Shown piece after piece: positions 19,226 to 29,730 of a stretch of 64,000 bases of DNA. The stretch lies in the NCBI GenBank assembly GCA_017462345.1, contig JAFTRI010000019.1:27896-91895 (forward strand), in the 5' to 3' direction. How positions within the stretch are numbered: the stretch's first letter is position 1; each line of letters opens with the position of its first letter. The DNA comes from Muribaculaceae bacterium. GTDB lineage: Bacteria; Bacteroidota; Bacteroidia; Bacteroidales; Muribaculaceae. The position numbers and the translations under genes were made by a program. The notes under the pieces are model-generated. The model did not search any database. It saw only the letters and a list, made by a program, of their open reading frames with translations, and was not told where the DNA came from.

Positions 19226-19262
19226 GGAGACAGCTGCACCAAGTGGCTGTCTCCTGTTTTTT
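19226..19262 (+). terminator. intrinsic terminator
   Basis: The stem GGAGACAGC (19226-19234) / GCTGTCTCC (19246-19254) is followed by TGTTTTTT. Confidence 0.8.
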
Positions 19263-20350
19263 AGTGCTTTATGTTTATGGTTCTTGCCGTCCGGGAAATC
19301 CAGTGGATGAGCTGATGCGGATACCGGTCGATATTGCATTTTGCAAACAGTAATGCCCGGCTGCGTTCAATAAGGATACACACAGTAAAAACGATGACGG
19401 AAATTGCAAGTAGCATCGGGATGAAATAGAACCTGTCAAAATGATCGTTCAGGGATAACAGGTCATGTCAGATGTAATTCCGTACATGTATGTTGTCATG
19501 GAGAAGGTACACGCCGAGCGCGTATGGCGAGAAGCGGGAAACGGTATTCATCAAGCGGTTGTCCGGCAATTTGACCGTTGTGACCCAAAGGAACAGGAAT
19601 ACTGAAGAAAAATATGTGAATCCGTTATACAGTGGGATATACGTGGCTGTTTCGTGACCGTGTTTTAGCGCTTTTGACATGAAAATTATACATACGGCTG
19701 CACATATCGCAAGATATATCTTGCCGAAATGTTGCCTGAGCCTTGAAAATGGAGTATAGAGTCTGATGTAATTGCCCGTAAAAAATAAGGTTATGAACCA
19801 TAAGATGTCGTTTTGTCCGCTGAACAGATTGCCGTATGGTATTAGATTGACGAAAAGCAGGATTGTCAGGAATATCCTGAATTGCTGCCTCGAAATGTTC
19901 TGGGGTATTTTTGCCAGGAATGGGGCAAAAGCCGCCAATACCAGATATTTGGACATGAACCAGTATTGATCGTAGAACACCGGTAACAGTGCGTGACGCA
20001 ATTCCCTGAAACTTATTCGCGATGTAAGGTAAAAGAGAATGGCAATCATGCTTGAATAGAAAAATACCTGTATCCACAACATGATGATCTTTTCCCATTT
20101 TATTGCTTGTGCTTTAATCATGAAAATAGCCCGTCATTATCACATAGCAGTTTACAGCCACGGCGGTTATTGATGTTAATGCCGAGGTTGAGACAAAGTT
20201 CAGTGCGTTTGCCGGGTCGCTACTGTCAAACAGGGGAAAACGGTTACAGCTCATGTCCATGCCGTGGACAATCGAATGCCATACGACAATAAAAAACATG
20301 AGTAAAAGCCGGAATATCTCGAATTGTGTTAGTCTTGCTGTCGTGTTCAT
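19261..20350 (-). pseudogene. acyltransferase-3 family (O-acyltransferase) gene disrupted by a 1-nt frameshift and an in-frame TGA
   Basis: Three collinear pieces together give about 363 aa of polytopic acyltransferase_3-like sequence. Piece 1 (20350-20114) ends …VIMTGYFHD*. Piece 2 continues as MIKAQAIKWEKIIMLWIQVFFYS after a shift of one base near 20117-20126. Piece 2 ends at a TGA (19468-19470), and the same frame stays open for 68 more codons (HDLLSLNDHFDRFYFIPMLLAISVIVF…) to a TAA at 19261. Confidence 0.75.
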
Positions 20351-20430
20351 GAACTGATTCCTGATTTAGAGCAGCAAAAGTAACGATTAATCCGGTCTTG
20401 TCAAAATCGGGTATAATGGGTCGGAATGCA

Positions 20431-20468
20431 AAGCGGGCAGGAACTGTGGATAATGTTCCTGCCCGCTT
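20431..20468 (-). terminator. hairpin after frdB
   Basis: Perfect 14-bp stem AAGCGGGCAGGAAC / GTTCCTGCCCGCTT with a 10-nt loop, 23 nt downstream of the frdB stop. The T-tract on the minus strand is short. Confidence 0.55.
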
Positions 20469-20490
20469 GGTATCGGAATTGTGTGTGTCG

Positions 20491-21240
20491 TTATTCTTTG
20501 ATTTTTGCCTTGAGGAACTCGCGGTTGAGACGGGCGATGTTGCTCAGCGAGATGTTCTTGGGGCATTCTGAGGCGCAAGCGCCGGTATTGGTACAGTTAC
20601 CGAAACCGAGTTCGTCCATCTTCTTTACCATTGCTCGCGCACGGCGTGCACGTTCAACCTGACCTTGGGGGAGCAGCGCGAACTGGCTGACCTTGGCCGA
20701 TACGAAAAGCATTGCCGAGCCGTTCTTACATGCTGCAACACATGCACCGCAACCGATACAGGTTGCTGCATCCATTGCAAGGTCTGCAGACTCTTTGGAG
20801 ATCGGGAGCGCATTGGCATCCTGTGCACCACCGCAGTTGAATGATACATATCCGCCTGCCTGCTGGATCTTGTCAAATGCGTTGCGGTCGACCATCAAGT
20901 CCTTGATTACAGGGAATGCTGCCGAACGCCATGGCTCAACGGTAATTGTCTCTCCGTCTTTGAAACGGCGCATGTAGAGCTGGCATGTGGTTGCTCCCGT
21001 CGCCGGTCCATGGGGATGTCCGTTGATGTAGAGCGAACACATACCGCAGATGCCTTCGCGGCAATCGTGATCGAATACAATAGGCTCCTCTCCTTGTTCA
21101 ACAAGCTGTTCGTTGAGGATGTCGAGGGTTTCAAGGAAAGAGGTGTCGGTGTCAGTTGCCACCGTATAAGTCTTGAACTGACCCGGCTCTTTCGGTCCGG
21201 CTTGACGCCATACCTTTAAATTGACTGTTATATTTGCCAT
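20491..21240 (-). CDS. frdB: fumarate reductase / succinate dehydrogenase iron-sulfur subunit
   Basis: Three cysteine clusters are present: [10 protein letters not shown] (2Fe-2S), [11 protein letters not shown] and [12 protein letters not shown]. Confidence 0.95.
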   Translation of the reverse strand: MANITVNLKVWRQAGPKEPGQFKTYTVATDTDTSFLETLDILNEQLVEQGEEPIVFDHDCREGICGMCSLYINGHPHGPATGATTCQLYMRRFKDGETITVEPWRSAAFPVIKDLMVDRNAFDKIQQAGGYVSFNCGGAQDANALPISKESADLAMDAATCIGCGACVAACKNGSAMLFVSAKVSQFALLPQGQVERARRARAMVKKMDELGFGNCTNTGACASECPKNISLSNIARLNREFLKAKIKE

Positions 21241-21260
21241 TGGTTTTTCTTTCTGATTTG

Positions 21261-23225
21261 TTATGACTTATAGTTACGTGTTTGAACCTTGATAGCTTCG
21301 TATTCGAGTGGTTCTTTGATGAGTGTAGGCTCTTTTTCGTCGCTTCCTTCGTAGTTCCAGCATGAAACATAGAAGTAATTGGCGTCGTCACGTTTTGCTT
21401 CGCCCTCTTCGGTCTGGTATTCTTCACGGAAGTGTCCTCCACAGCTCTCGTTACGGTTGAGTGCATCGTAAGCTATAAGCTCACCCATTGTGATGAAGTC
21501 TTTCAGACGGAAAGCTTTGTCAAGCTCGACATTCATGCCGTCCCCGGCTACGCCCGGGACAAACAGGTTTGTCTCGAATTCCTTGCGTAGATCCTTGAGG
21601 CTCTTTAGCGCCGATTCGAGGCTTTCCTTTGAGCGTGCCATTCCCACGAAATCCCACAGGATATGACCGAGTTCTTTGTGGATTGAGTCAACTGAACGCT
21701 TTCCCTTGATGTCGAGAAGAGCCTGTTCGGCAGCAATACACTGCTTTTCGGCTTCGTCAAATTCAGGAGTGTCGGTCTGGAAGTGGGGTACGGTAATCTG
21801 GTCAGAAAGATAGTTCTGGATTGTGTAAGGCAGAACGAAATATCCGTCGGCAAGGCCTTGCATGAGTGCCGATGCACCGAGACGGTTGGCACCATGATCC
21901 GAGAAATTACATTCTCCGATGGCAAACAAGCCCTTGATCGATGTCTGGAGTTCGTAGTCAACCCATATACCACCCATTGTGTAGTGGATAGCGGGGAATA
22001 TCATCATCGGTTCTTCGTAGGGGGAAACGTCAGTGATTTCCTCGTACATGTCAAAGAGGTTACCGTAACGTTGGGCAACGGCATCTTTGCCGAGGCGGTT
22101 GATTGCTTCGCTGAAGTCAAGGAATACGGCGAGTCCGGTGTTGTTTACACCGAAGCCTTTGTCGCAGCGTTCTTTGGCTGCACGTGAAGCGACGTCACGG
22201 GGAACGAGGTTACCGAATGCGGGATAACGGCGTTCCAGATAGTAGTCTCGATCCTCCTCGGGAATCTGTGAGCCTTTGAGTGTGCCTTCCTGGAGTCTCT
22301 TTGCGTCTTCAAGTTTTTTTGGAACCCATATACGCCCGTCATTGCGGAGTGACTCGGACATGAGTGTCAGTTTTGATTGCTTGTCACCGTGAACGGGGAT
22401 ACAGGTGGGGTGAATCTGCACGTAAGCAGGGTTGGCAAACCATGCTCCCTTGCGGTAGCATGCCATTGCTGCACTACAGTTACATCCCATAGCGTTGGTC
22501 GACAGGAAGTATGCGTTTCCGTAACCGCCGGTGGCGATAACCACGGCATGGGCTGCGAAACGTTCAAACTTGCCGGTTACAAGGTTCTTTGCGATGATAC
22601 CGCGTGCGCGACCGTCTATCATTACCACGTCGTGCATTTCGTAACGGTTGTAGCTCTTTACCTTGCCGAGTTCTATCTGGCGGTTAAGAGAAGAATATGC
22701 ACCGAGAAGAAGCTGCTGTCCGGTCTGTCCCTTGGCGTAGAATGTACGGGAAACCTGTGCGCCTCCGAATGAACGGTTGGCAAGGAGACCGCCGTATTCA
22801 CGTGCGAAAGGTACTCCTTGGGCTACGCACTGGTCGATGATGTTGTTGGAGACTTCGGCCAGGCGGTACACATTGGCTTCACGTGCGCGGTAGTCTCCTC
22901 CTTTTACTGTATCGTAGAACAGGCGGTACACTGAGTCACCGTCATTCTGGTAGTTCTTTGCTGCGTTTATACCTCCCTGTGCTGCAATTGAGTGGGCTCG
23001 ACGGGGAGAGTCCTGAATACAGAAGTTAAGGACATTGAATCCCATTTCAGCAAGTGTTGATGCTGCTGATGCTCCTGCGAGACCGGTTCCCACCACAATG
23101 ATGTCAAGGCGGCGTTTGTTGGCCGGGTTGACAAGTTTCTGATGAGCTTTATAGTTGGTCCATTTTTCAGCAACGGGACCTTCCGGTATCTTTGAATCGA
23201 CTGTGATATTTTTGATTTCTGCCAT
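21261..23225 (-). CDS. frdA: fumarate reductase / succinate dehydrogenase flavoprotein subunit
   Basis: The FAD-binding motif is [12 protein letters not shown], and [12 protein letters not shown] contains the histidine that binds FAD covalently. Length is 654 aa. Confidence 0.95.
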   Translation of the reverse strand: MAEIKNITVDSKIPEGPVAEKWTNYKAHQKLVNPANKRRLDIIVVGTGLAGASAASTLAEMGFNVLNFCIQDSPRRAHSIAAQGGINAAKNYQNDGDSVYRLFYDTVKGGDYRAREANVYRLAEVSNNIIDQCVAQGVPFAREYGGLLANRSFGGAQVSRTFYAKGQTGQQLLLGAYSSLNRQIELGKVKSYNRYEMHDVVMIDGRARGIIAKNLVTGKFERFAAHAVVIATGGYGNAYFLSTNAMGCNCSAAMACYRKGAWFANPAYVQIHPTCIPVHGDKQSKLTLMSESLRNDGRIWVPKKLEDAKRLQEGTLKGSQIPEEDRDYYLERRYPAFGNLVPRDVASRAAKERCDKGFGVNNTGLAVFLDFSEAINRLGKDAVAQRYGNLFDMYEEITDVSPYEEPMMIFPAIHYTMGGIWVDYELQTSIKGLFAIGECNFSDHGANRLGASALMQGLADGYFVLPYTIQNYLSDQITVPHFQTDTPEFDEAEKQCIAAEQALLDIKGKRSVDSIHKELGHILWDFVGMARSKESLESALKSLKDLRKEFETNLFVPGVAGDGMNVELDKAFRLKDFITMGELIAYDALNRNESCGGHFREEYQTEEGEAKRDDANYFYVSCWNYEGSDEKEPTLIKEPLEYEAIKVQTRNYKS

Positions 23226-23230
23226 ATCGA

Positions 23231-24247
23231 TTAATTATTAGCTGGTTCTTCTTGGTTTACTTCAATAGCTACAGAGTCAGACTCGTCGGAAACTTCCGGT
23301 TCTACAGCTGTTTCTTCTGCGGCGGTATTGTCCTTTTCCGCTTCTTCAAGGTATTCGGCGGGGATACCGAGCTTCAGGAATGCCTTGGGGGCGAAAGCCT
23401 TGATTGAACGGAGGGTCTTGAGCTGGGCTGCCTCAATCTCGGCCTGTGCTTTAGGGTCGAACTGGTTGGGGGCATTCTGCTGGATTTCCATTGCTTCTTT
23501 CTGGAATTCCTTGTTGTACATTTCAAGGTACTGGTCATTGAGCTTGATGTCGTTCAGGTATGTTCCGCTCTTGGCTTCGTAAGTGAACCATAACGCCTGA
23601 ACGGTAAACAATCCGATTACGATTGTAGTCCATGCCGATGCGATCTTTTTAAGGCGGGGAAGCCAGCAGGTGTTGTTCCATCCTGTCGACTGGAACATTG
23701 ACCAGAATCCGTGGTTCATGTGGAACCATAAGGCGATGAAACCGATGATGTACACAACCGGAGTCCACCAGCTCTGGAATGCGAGGTGGATGAACAGTGT
23801 CCCTGCTGCTGCCGGGACTGTCACTCCGTCAATGCTGTACCAGTGTCCCCATATTTCCTGCCATTGCATCTTGTACCAGAACTGGATCATGTGTACGGCA
23901 AGGAATGCAAGTACGACAATGCCGAGTACAAGCATGTTCTTGGAGGACCATTCTACGCTTTTAGGTGTAGATGTTACGGCATAGCGGTTGTTGCCGCGAG
24001 CCTTACGGTTTTGAAGTGTGAGCCACAATGCGTAGATGATGTGTAGCACGAATAGCGCGCCAAGACCTGCCGAAGCAATCAAGGCGTACCAGTTAGCACC
24101 AAGGAATGCACATATTTGGTTATATGCACCCGGCCAAAGAATAGCCACAGCGTTCATCAGCACGTGAAACGTAACGAATAGGACAAGGCATGCTCCGGTC
24201 ACGGCCATGATGAGCTTCCTTCCTATAGATGAGCTTGTTAACCACAT
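23231..24247 (-). CDS. frdC: fumarate reductase / succinate dehydrogenase cytochrome b subunit (b558 family) with a C-terminal hydrophilic extension
   Basis: The N-terminal ~220 aa form five TM helices with Bacteroides FrdC-like sequence ([18 protein letters not shown]…[14 protein letters not shown]…). The gene lies 5 nt upstream of frdA. Confidence 0.85.
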   Translation of the reverse strand: MWLTSSSIGRKLIMAVTGACLVLFVTFHVLMNAVAILWPGAYNQICAFLGANWYALIASAGLGALFVLHIIYALWLTLQNRKARGNNRYAVTSTPKSVEWSSKNMLVLGIVVLAFLAVHMIQFWYKMQWQEIWGHWYSIDGVTVPAAAGTLFIHLAFQSWWTPVVYIIGFIALWFHMNHGFWSMFQSTGWNNTCWLPRLKKIASAWTTIVIGLFTVQALWFTYEAKSGTYLNDIKLNDQYLEMYNKEFQKEAMEIQQNAPNQFDPKAQAEIEAAQLKTLRSIKAFAPKAFLKLGIPAEYLEEAEKDNTAAEETAVEPEVSDESDSVAIEVNQEEPANN

Positions 24248-24337
24248 AGTAGTTTGGAAATTAGAGATTATTAAATGAATTTATAAAGATTACTGTTTTG
24301 ATTCCTTACGGCACAATCAGCGCAAGTAAATACATTG

Positions 24338-24345
24338 CAAAATTA
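24338..24345 (-). promoter_or_regulatory. -7 promoter box (TAATTTTG on the minus strand) for frdCAB
   Basis: A perfect TAnnTTTG lies about 90 nt upstream of the frdC ATG. Confidence 0.4.
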
Positions 24346-24496
24346 GTGTAAATAAAGATTGCTGACAACAATTAAGGAAAAAATTCTATAAAGTTTGGTG
24401 ACTTTTTTGTAATATTGCATCCGGTTTTAATTTGCCTAACTGTTGTGTTTCATGAACGCATCATCTGATGCCGGTATTGAGATTGTGAACATATGA

Positions 24497-27400
24497 ATGA
24501 AAAATGACAATATGAGAAAGTTTATTACAGCTATTGCGTTATGCATGGTCGGGCTTATCGGGGCATCGGCCGCGACTCCGATTCGGGGTACTATTGTTGC
24601 GTCGGTCGACCGTATGTATGAGTTTGTAAAAGCGACAAACAGTTCTTTTGACCGTGAGATAGCGGAACAGTTTCATGAGGTGTCACAAGTCTACGGGATA
24701 CGTGGTGACATTGCATTGTGCCAGTCTATAATAGAGACAGGATGGTTCAAGTATACAGGCGGGACAGCCGTTACCCCTGAAGACCATAACTATTGCGGCC
24801 TTGGAGTGACGACGTTGGGTCAGAAAGGATGCCAGTTCGAGACGGTGAAAGAGGGTGTCACGGCTCAGATGCAGCACTTGTATGCCTATGCCTGCAAGCT
24901 TGCCTTGCCGTCGGGAGAGACGCTCATTGACCCGCGGTTCAGTTACGTGACCCGTGGCTCTGCCCCCAATTGGGAGGATCTAAGCGGCGTATGGTCCACT
25001 GCAAGTAATTATGGCAGCCAGATAATAGCCATGTATGAGGATATGATGGCATTCGAAATGCCTGAGAAATCATTGACAGCAAGTTCGTTGAGCGTCAATC
25101 TGTCCGGTGTGTGCGGTGGTACGGCCCCGTCCCAGTCGATAGTCGTTACCGGAACTAATCTGACGAGTGCGATTGTTTACAACAGCGCATCGTCGGCATT
25201 CAAGGTATCAGTATCGGACTGGAATGAATACACCGGCGGTACAATGACGATTACTCTTGACACGACCAAGGATGCCGGGACATATAACAGTTATATCGCC
25301 GTTCAGAGCGGTTCGGGCGATGATATTAAGCGTATTGAGATAACATGTACCGGAACAATTCGGGAGACCGGAGCTGAAGTGCCGGAATTGTCTTTTGTCG
25401 AAGGATGGAATTTTGGGGAAATTGCCGGTACAGTAGCATCTGACTGGGATGCTAAGACCGTACGCAACTTTGATTATGCCGACGGAAAGTTATACTGCGT
25501 GTGTAACAACAATTCGATTAAGGTGATTGATGCCCGGACCGGAGAATATATCAAGGATCTTAGTGTGCCCTCTTCTGTTGTGACCGGCGGGACTTATATC
25601 CTGTGTGACGTGAAGTGTCTCGACGGCTATATAATGGCATGTAATCTTGTCGTTTCAAGCGGGGAGTTGAGGGTCTATCAATGGGCGGGTGACGATGCGA
25701 CACCCGCATTGTTGCATAGTGCCAGTGTATCGGCGCGTACAGGGGATTGTTTCGGTGTAGCCGGGTCGGCAGCCGGGGATGTCCGTCTTGCATTCGGCAG
25801 CACTACCGGAGTAATCACCGAATATTCACGCACGGGCGGCACATGGTCGACAAAGACAATAAATACCGGATTGTCATCGGGAACGGCAACACGCGTAATT
25901 CCCGTGTCAGGGGGATATTGGGTTGACGGCCGAGGTATATTGCCGACAATGGTGACTGAGTCAGGGACGACACAATACTCTCTTGCCAATGAAAGTGTAG
26001 TTGACGGAAACGCTTTTGACACGTTCGTTTATGACGACAAGACTTATATGATGGCATCTACCTACCTGAATAAGACAGGAACGCTTACCGAAGGGGCTAT
26101 GCGTCTGTATGATGTTACTTCAGGATGGGCAAATTCCACAGCAATGGCTTATTATCCGTCGGCAGGTCTTGGAACCGTGAAAAACAGTAATATCGCCACG
26201 AGTGTCGCAACCAACGCCGGTGATGACTATGCCGAGGCTTGGGTGTCGGTGTTGGGTCAGGGACTGGCTTACTATAAGTCGGGGAACGTACCTTCGGGCA
26301 GTGATACTCCTGTTGTGGAAACACCTGTATTGGATGTTTCGGTATCGGCATTGGAATTTGCAGCGGCTGTCGGCTCAACCGATTCAAAGACTATTGATGT
26401 CAGCGGTTCTTCATTGGCAGGTGATATATCATTGGCACTGTCGGGAACTGATGCCGGATATTTTACCTTGTCGACTGCCTCGATTTCCAAGTCGGCGGCA
26501 TCGTCGGTTGTGACTGTTGCGTATTCTCCTGTTGCAGCCGGTAGCCATAGTGCAATGTTGACAATCTCGTCATCGGGTGCTGAGCCGATTTCAGTGGCAC
26601 TTACCGGAACTGCCACGGCAGATGATAGCGGAAACGATGTGACCGGAGTTATATTTACTCAGGATTGGGAAATAACAAGCGGGCTGCCGACTGAAGGCGA
26701 TGCACGTTGGGCTGCCGGTTATCAGGGCAAACTGTATACACAGGACAGGACGAACAAGAAACTTATTTGCTGGGACGGGACCGGTACAACTGAGATTGCA
26801 ACCGGCACTTCGGGATGGTGCCTGACGGTTGACGAAGCCGGTAATCTCATAATTCAGAATGCCCTGTGGGGTACAAGCTCGACGGTGTTCTCGATTCTTC
26901 CTGCCGGTAAGACTTCGGCTTCCGATCTTGTAAGTCTGACTGTAACTCCTCCTTCCGGCTGTGCCGCAGCCACTATGCATACAATCGGACGTGCAATCGG
27001 TGACGTGATGAGCGCATCCGGTGGGGTATTCTATACATTGGGTCAGAACCAGACGCAGATATCCAGAATATTTGTTGCCAATGGGGCACAGGTATCGGAC
27101 AAATGTTCCGCTGTCGCTCTTGGCGTGACCGGAAAGACCCCCGGAACACAAAGTATTGTGCAGCCGGTCAATAATGATATTAATGCAACAGACAATGTCG
27201 TATGGTCGTCACGCTCGGTTGTCAATCAGTTGATGAAACTTGATGGGGTTGCTTACACCGAGTATGCTTTCAACTCCGACGGGGAGACCGCAAACACTAC
27301 CGCCGGAGGTGATATTGTCACTATGAGCGGTATAACCTATACGATTGAACCGAGCGGTGATAATTATTCCGACGGTTTTATTGTTGTCGACCGTACCAAT

Positions 27401-27790
27401 GACAAGGTTATTTATACCCGTAAAAGTACGGGTGTGTCAACAATTTCCCAGTCATATGTCGCATTCGAGAAGTTGAGCGAGACTGTTGCCAACGTCTACC
27501 ATTATACTCCGGGTATAGTGGCTGCAAAATATACATTCACTCTTGATAAAAGTACCGGTGTGGAGGCAGTAAGGGATGATAGCGGTCATGCTGTCAGGGT
27601 TGTCGGGAATACACTGTCGGTTTCCGGTATTGACGCATCGGTTATAGAGGTGTATTCGGTTGACGGCTCGTTGGAATGCATGGCAAGGGGGAGCAATGAA
27701 CTGGATGTGGCATCGCTTTCTGGCTTTTATATTGTAGCTGTTCAGGGCAATGACGGGGCTGCTTTTACCCGTAAGGTTATAATCAGATAA
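24497..27790 (+). CDS. secreted GH73-type glucosaminidase (peptidoglycan hydrolase) fused to a duplicated Ig-like plus propeller-like module and a T9SS C-terminal sorting domain
   Basis: The signal peptide is MRKFITAIALCMVGLIGASAA, with an alternative start at 24512. The glucosaminidase motif is IALCQSIIETGWFKY…NYCGLG. There are two Ig-like segments (…TITLDTTKDAGTYNSYIAVQ… and …VTVAYSPVAAGSHSAMLTISS…). The C-terminus is VIEVYSVDGS…GFYIVAVQGNDGAAFTRKVIIR. Confidence 0.8.
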   Translation: MKNDNMRKFITAIALCMVGLIGASAATPIRGTIVASVDRMYEFVKATNSSFDREIAEQFHEVSQVYGIRGDIALCQSIIETGWFKYTGGTAVTPEDHNYCGLGVTTLGQKGCQFETVKEGVTAQMQHLYAYACKLALPSGETLIDPRFSYVTRGSAPNWEDLSGVWSTASNYGSQIIAMYEDMMAFEMPEKSLTASSLSVNLSGVCGGTAPSQSIVVTGTNLTSAIVYNSASSAFKVSVSDWNEYTGGTMTITLDTTKDAGTYNSYIAVQSGSGDDIKRIEITCTGTIRETGAEVPELSFVEGWNFGEIAGTVASDWDAKTVRNFDYADGKLYCVCNNNSIKVIDARTGEYIKDLSVPSSVVTGGTYILCDVKCLDGYIMACNLVVSSGELRVYQWAGDDATPALLHSASVSARTGDCFGVAGSAAGDVRLAFGSTTGVITEYSRTGGTWSTKTINTGLSSGTATRVIPVSGGYWVDGRGILPTMVTESGTTQYSLANESVVDGNAFDTFVYDDKTYMMASTYLNKTGTLTEGAMRLYDVTSGWANSTAMAYYPSAGLGTVKNSNIATSVATNAGDDYAEAWVSVLGQGLAYYKSGNVPSGSDTPVVETPVLDVSVSALEFAAAVGSTDSKTIDVSGSSLAGDISLALSGTDAGYFTLSTASISKSAASSVVTVAYSPVAAGSHSAMLTISSSGAEPISVALTGTATADDSGNDVTGVIFTQDWEITSGLPTEGDARWAAGYQGKLYTQDRTNKKLICWDGTGTTEIATGTSGWCLTVDEAGNLIIQNALWGTSSTVFSILPAGKTSASDLVSLTVTPPSGCAAATMHTIGRAIGDVMSASGGVFYTLGQNQTQISRIFVANGAQVSDKCSAVALGVTGKTPGTQSIVQPVNNDINATDNVVWSSRSVVNQLMKLDGVAYTEYAFNSDGETANTTAGGDIVTMSGITYTIEPSGDNYSDGFIVVDRTNDKVIYTRKSTGVSTISQSYVAFEKLSETVANVYHYTPGIVAAKYTFTLDKSTGVEAVRDDSGHAVRVVGNTLSVSGIDASVIEVYSVDGSLECMARGSNELDVASLSGFYIVAVQGNDGAAFTRKVIIR

Positions 27791-27817
27791 CCTGTCGTCG
27801 GGCTCGGATAATATTGG

Positions 27818-27857
27818 AACAGGCTGCCGGAACTCCTTTATCCGGCAGCCTGTTTTA
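27818..27857. terminator. hairpin terminator between convergent genes
   Basis: Perfect 14-bp stem AACAGGCTGCCGGA (27818-27831) / TCCGGCAGCCTGTT (27841-27854), followed by TTAT. Confidence 0.7.
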
Positions 27858-27901
27858 TGTACGACAATACCATGTCCGGGTGTCGTGATGGTATGTCTGG
27901 C

Positions 27902-28969
27902 TCAGATGTGCATCAGGTCACGGTATATGTCGAGGGCGTTCTTTATCTCATCCTCGTTGCAGGTGCAGTCGATCTTGATCTGTCCAACGTCTTCAAGCAG
28001 AGTGAAATTGATGTCTCCGGCATTTTCGTTCTTCTTGTCGTGATGCATAAGCCCGAGTAATTCGGGATAGTCGTCGCATGTTATGCGCAGCACTCCGTAT
28101 CTGTCGTGGATATATGAAGCCAACCGGTGCAGTTCATTGGACGGAAATCCGTGTTTCAGATGTGACAGAATAAGTTCCACAATAAGTCCCCATGCAACTG
28201 CATATCCGTGAGGAATGGGGGATTGGCGGTTGAGGGACATGGACTCGAACGCGTGTCCGGCAGTATGCCCGAGATTGAGTGCCCGGCGTATCCCCTTTTC
28301 GGTAGGGTCCTCTTCTACTATGCGTTTTTTTACCATAACCGATTCTTCAAGCAGTTCCAGTAGCAGTGCCGGGTCGGATACCGTTATGTCAAACTCCAAC
28401 AGTCGGCTGTAGATCTCTTTACCGGCAATTAGTCCGTGCTTGAGCATTTCGGCATATCCCGATAGTAGTTCTTCAGATGGTAGCGTGTCGAAGAATGCGG
28501 TGGATATTATTACTGCCGTGGCCTCCTTGAATGCGCCTATTTCGTTTTTCAGCCCATTGAAGTTTATTCCGGTCTTGCCTCCGACAGCCGCATCTACTGC
28601 GCTTAGCAGTGTGGTGGGTAGGTTAAGGAATCCGATACCGCGTTTGAATGACGCTCCGGCAAATCCTCCGATATCGGTTACGACACCTCCTCCGAGATTT
28701 ATGAGCAGGGACTTGCGTGTCGCTCCATTGTCACACAATTGTTCCCAAATGTATGACAGCGATTCGAGGTTCTTGTTCATGTCTCCGGCTTTGATGGTTA
28801 TGGCTGTCGCTTCAGCAATTGTCCTTGATACCTGTCGTAGCCGTGGAAGAACCAGGCATGAAGTATTGGTATCCGTAAGCACGAACACTTTAGGTGGATT
28901 GATTTTTTCGGCAAGTGTGTCGATTGCCTGTGCTACTTCGTTGGTGAATATTAATTCCTGATGTTCCAT
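27902..28969 (-). CDS. aroB: 3-dehydroquinate synthase
   Basis: The sequence GGGVVTDIGGFAGASFKRGIGFLNLPTTLLSAVDAAVGGKTGINF is the DHQS nucleotide/metal-site signature. I set the start at MEHQELIF (28969). Confidence 0.92.
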   Translation of the reverse strand: MEHQELIFTNEVAQAIDTLAEKINPPKVFVLTDTNTSCLVLPRLRQVSRTIAEATAITIKAGDMNKNLESLSYIWEQLCDNGATRKSLLINLGGGVVTDIGGFAGASFKRGIGFLNLPTTLLSAVDAAVGGKTGINFNGLKNEIGAFKEATAVIISTAFFDTLPSEELLSGYAEMLKHGLIAGKEIYSRLLEFDITVSDPALLLELLEESVMVKKRIVEEDPTEKGIRRALNLGHTAGHAFESMSLNRQSPIPHGYAVAWGLIVELILSHLKHGFPSNELHRLASYIHDRYGVLRITCDDYPELLGLMHHDKKNENAGDINFTLLEDVGQIKIDCTCNEDEIKNALDIYRDLMHI

Positions 28970-28983
28970 TGGCTTATATGTCT

Positions 28984-29730
28984 TTAGGATTGTGAAGTTG
29001 TAAGCAGTTGGTATAGCAGAATGTGCAGCTGCGAGGCGCACTCTTCCATGGATGGGAATATTACGGCAGCTCCGGTATTTTCCATCTCTTTGCGTGGAAT
29101 GGGGCCGGTTGTGACGGCAATGGTGAAGACTCCGGCGTCTGATGCCGATTTTACTCCTAACGGAGCGTTCTCTATTGCGATGCATTGGGAAGGCTTTGCT
29201 CCGGCAAGTTGCATTGCACGTATGAATGGCTCGGGGTGGGGCTTGCCGTGGGTAACGCTACGTGATGTTACTCTCAGCACGCTGGAAAATGCCCCGGGAA
29301 AATCGGTGTCAAGACGGTTTATGAGAGAACTCTGTCCCGAACCGGTGACGAGAACGCGTTTTATCCCGGTCCGGATAAGTGTATCGAGCATTTCTTTCGC
29401 TCCCGGCATTGGCTTGACGGGGGGCATTTCTGCAAAATAGACTGTTTTACGGTGGTATAGTTCCTCTATCTCTTCGGGAGTCGCATCGCGTCCGTATGCA
29501 CGACGGAAAATGATATTGATTGTCGAGGCTCCGGTTCGGCCTTCGTACATGAAAAATTCGTCGCGAGTGGCTTCAATCCCTAATTCGGTAACCATACGTA
29601 ACCATGCGTCGGCATGGTTGCCCATCGAGTCATACAGGGTCCCGTCCATGTCGATAAGTGCGGCCAGTGGACTCACTGACTTGAAGTGCCGTGCCTTAAG
29701 GAAACGTTCTATTTCTGGAATGAAGTTCAT
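28984..29730 (-). CDS. HAD-IA family hydrolase (beta-phosphoglucomutase-like)
   Basis: Motif I is IDMDGTLYDS and motif II is VTGSG. A HAD-type C-terminal half follows. Confidence 0.85.
   Translation of the reverse strand: MNFIPEIERFLKARHFKSVSPLAALIDMDGTLYDSMGNHADAWLRMVTELGIEATRDEFFMYEGRTGASTINIIFRRAYGRDATPEEIEELYHRKTVYFAEMPPVKPMPGAKEMLDTLIRTGIKRVLVTGSGQSSLINRLDTDFPGAFSSVLRVTSRSVTHGKPHPEPFIRAMQLAGAKPSQCIAIENAPLGVKSASDAGVFTIAVTTGPIPRKEMENTGAAVIFPSMEECASQLHILLYQLLTTSQS

Noticed and set aside
19468-19470. The in-frame TGA in the acyltransferase could be selenocysteine or stop-codon recoding.
   Set aside because: I see no SECIS-like hairpin directly downstream. The same gene also carries a frameshift, and the other genes in the window terminate normally on standard stops. 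A nonsense mutation or a sequencing error is the simpler explanation.
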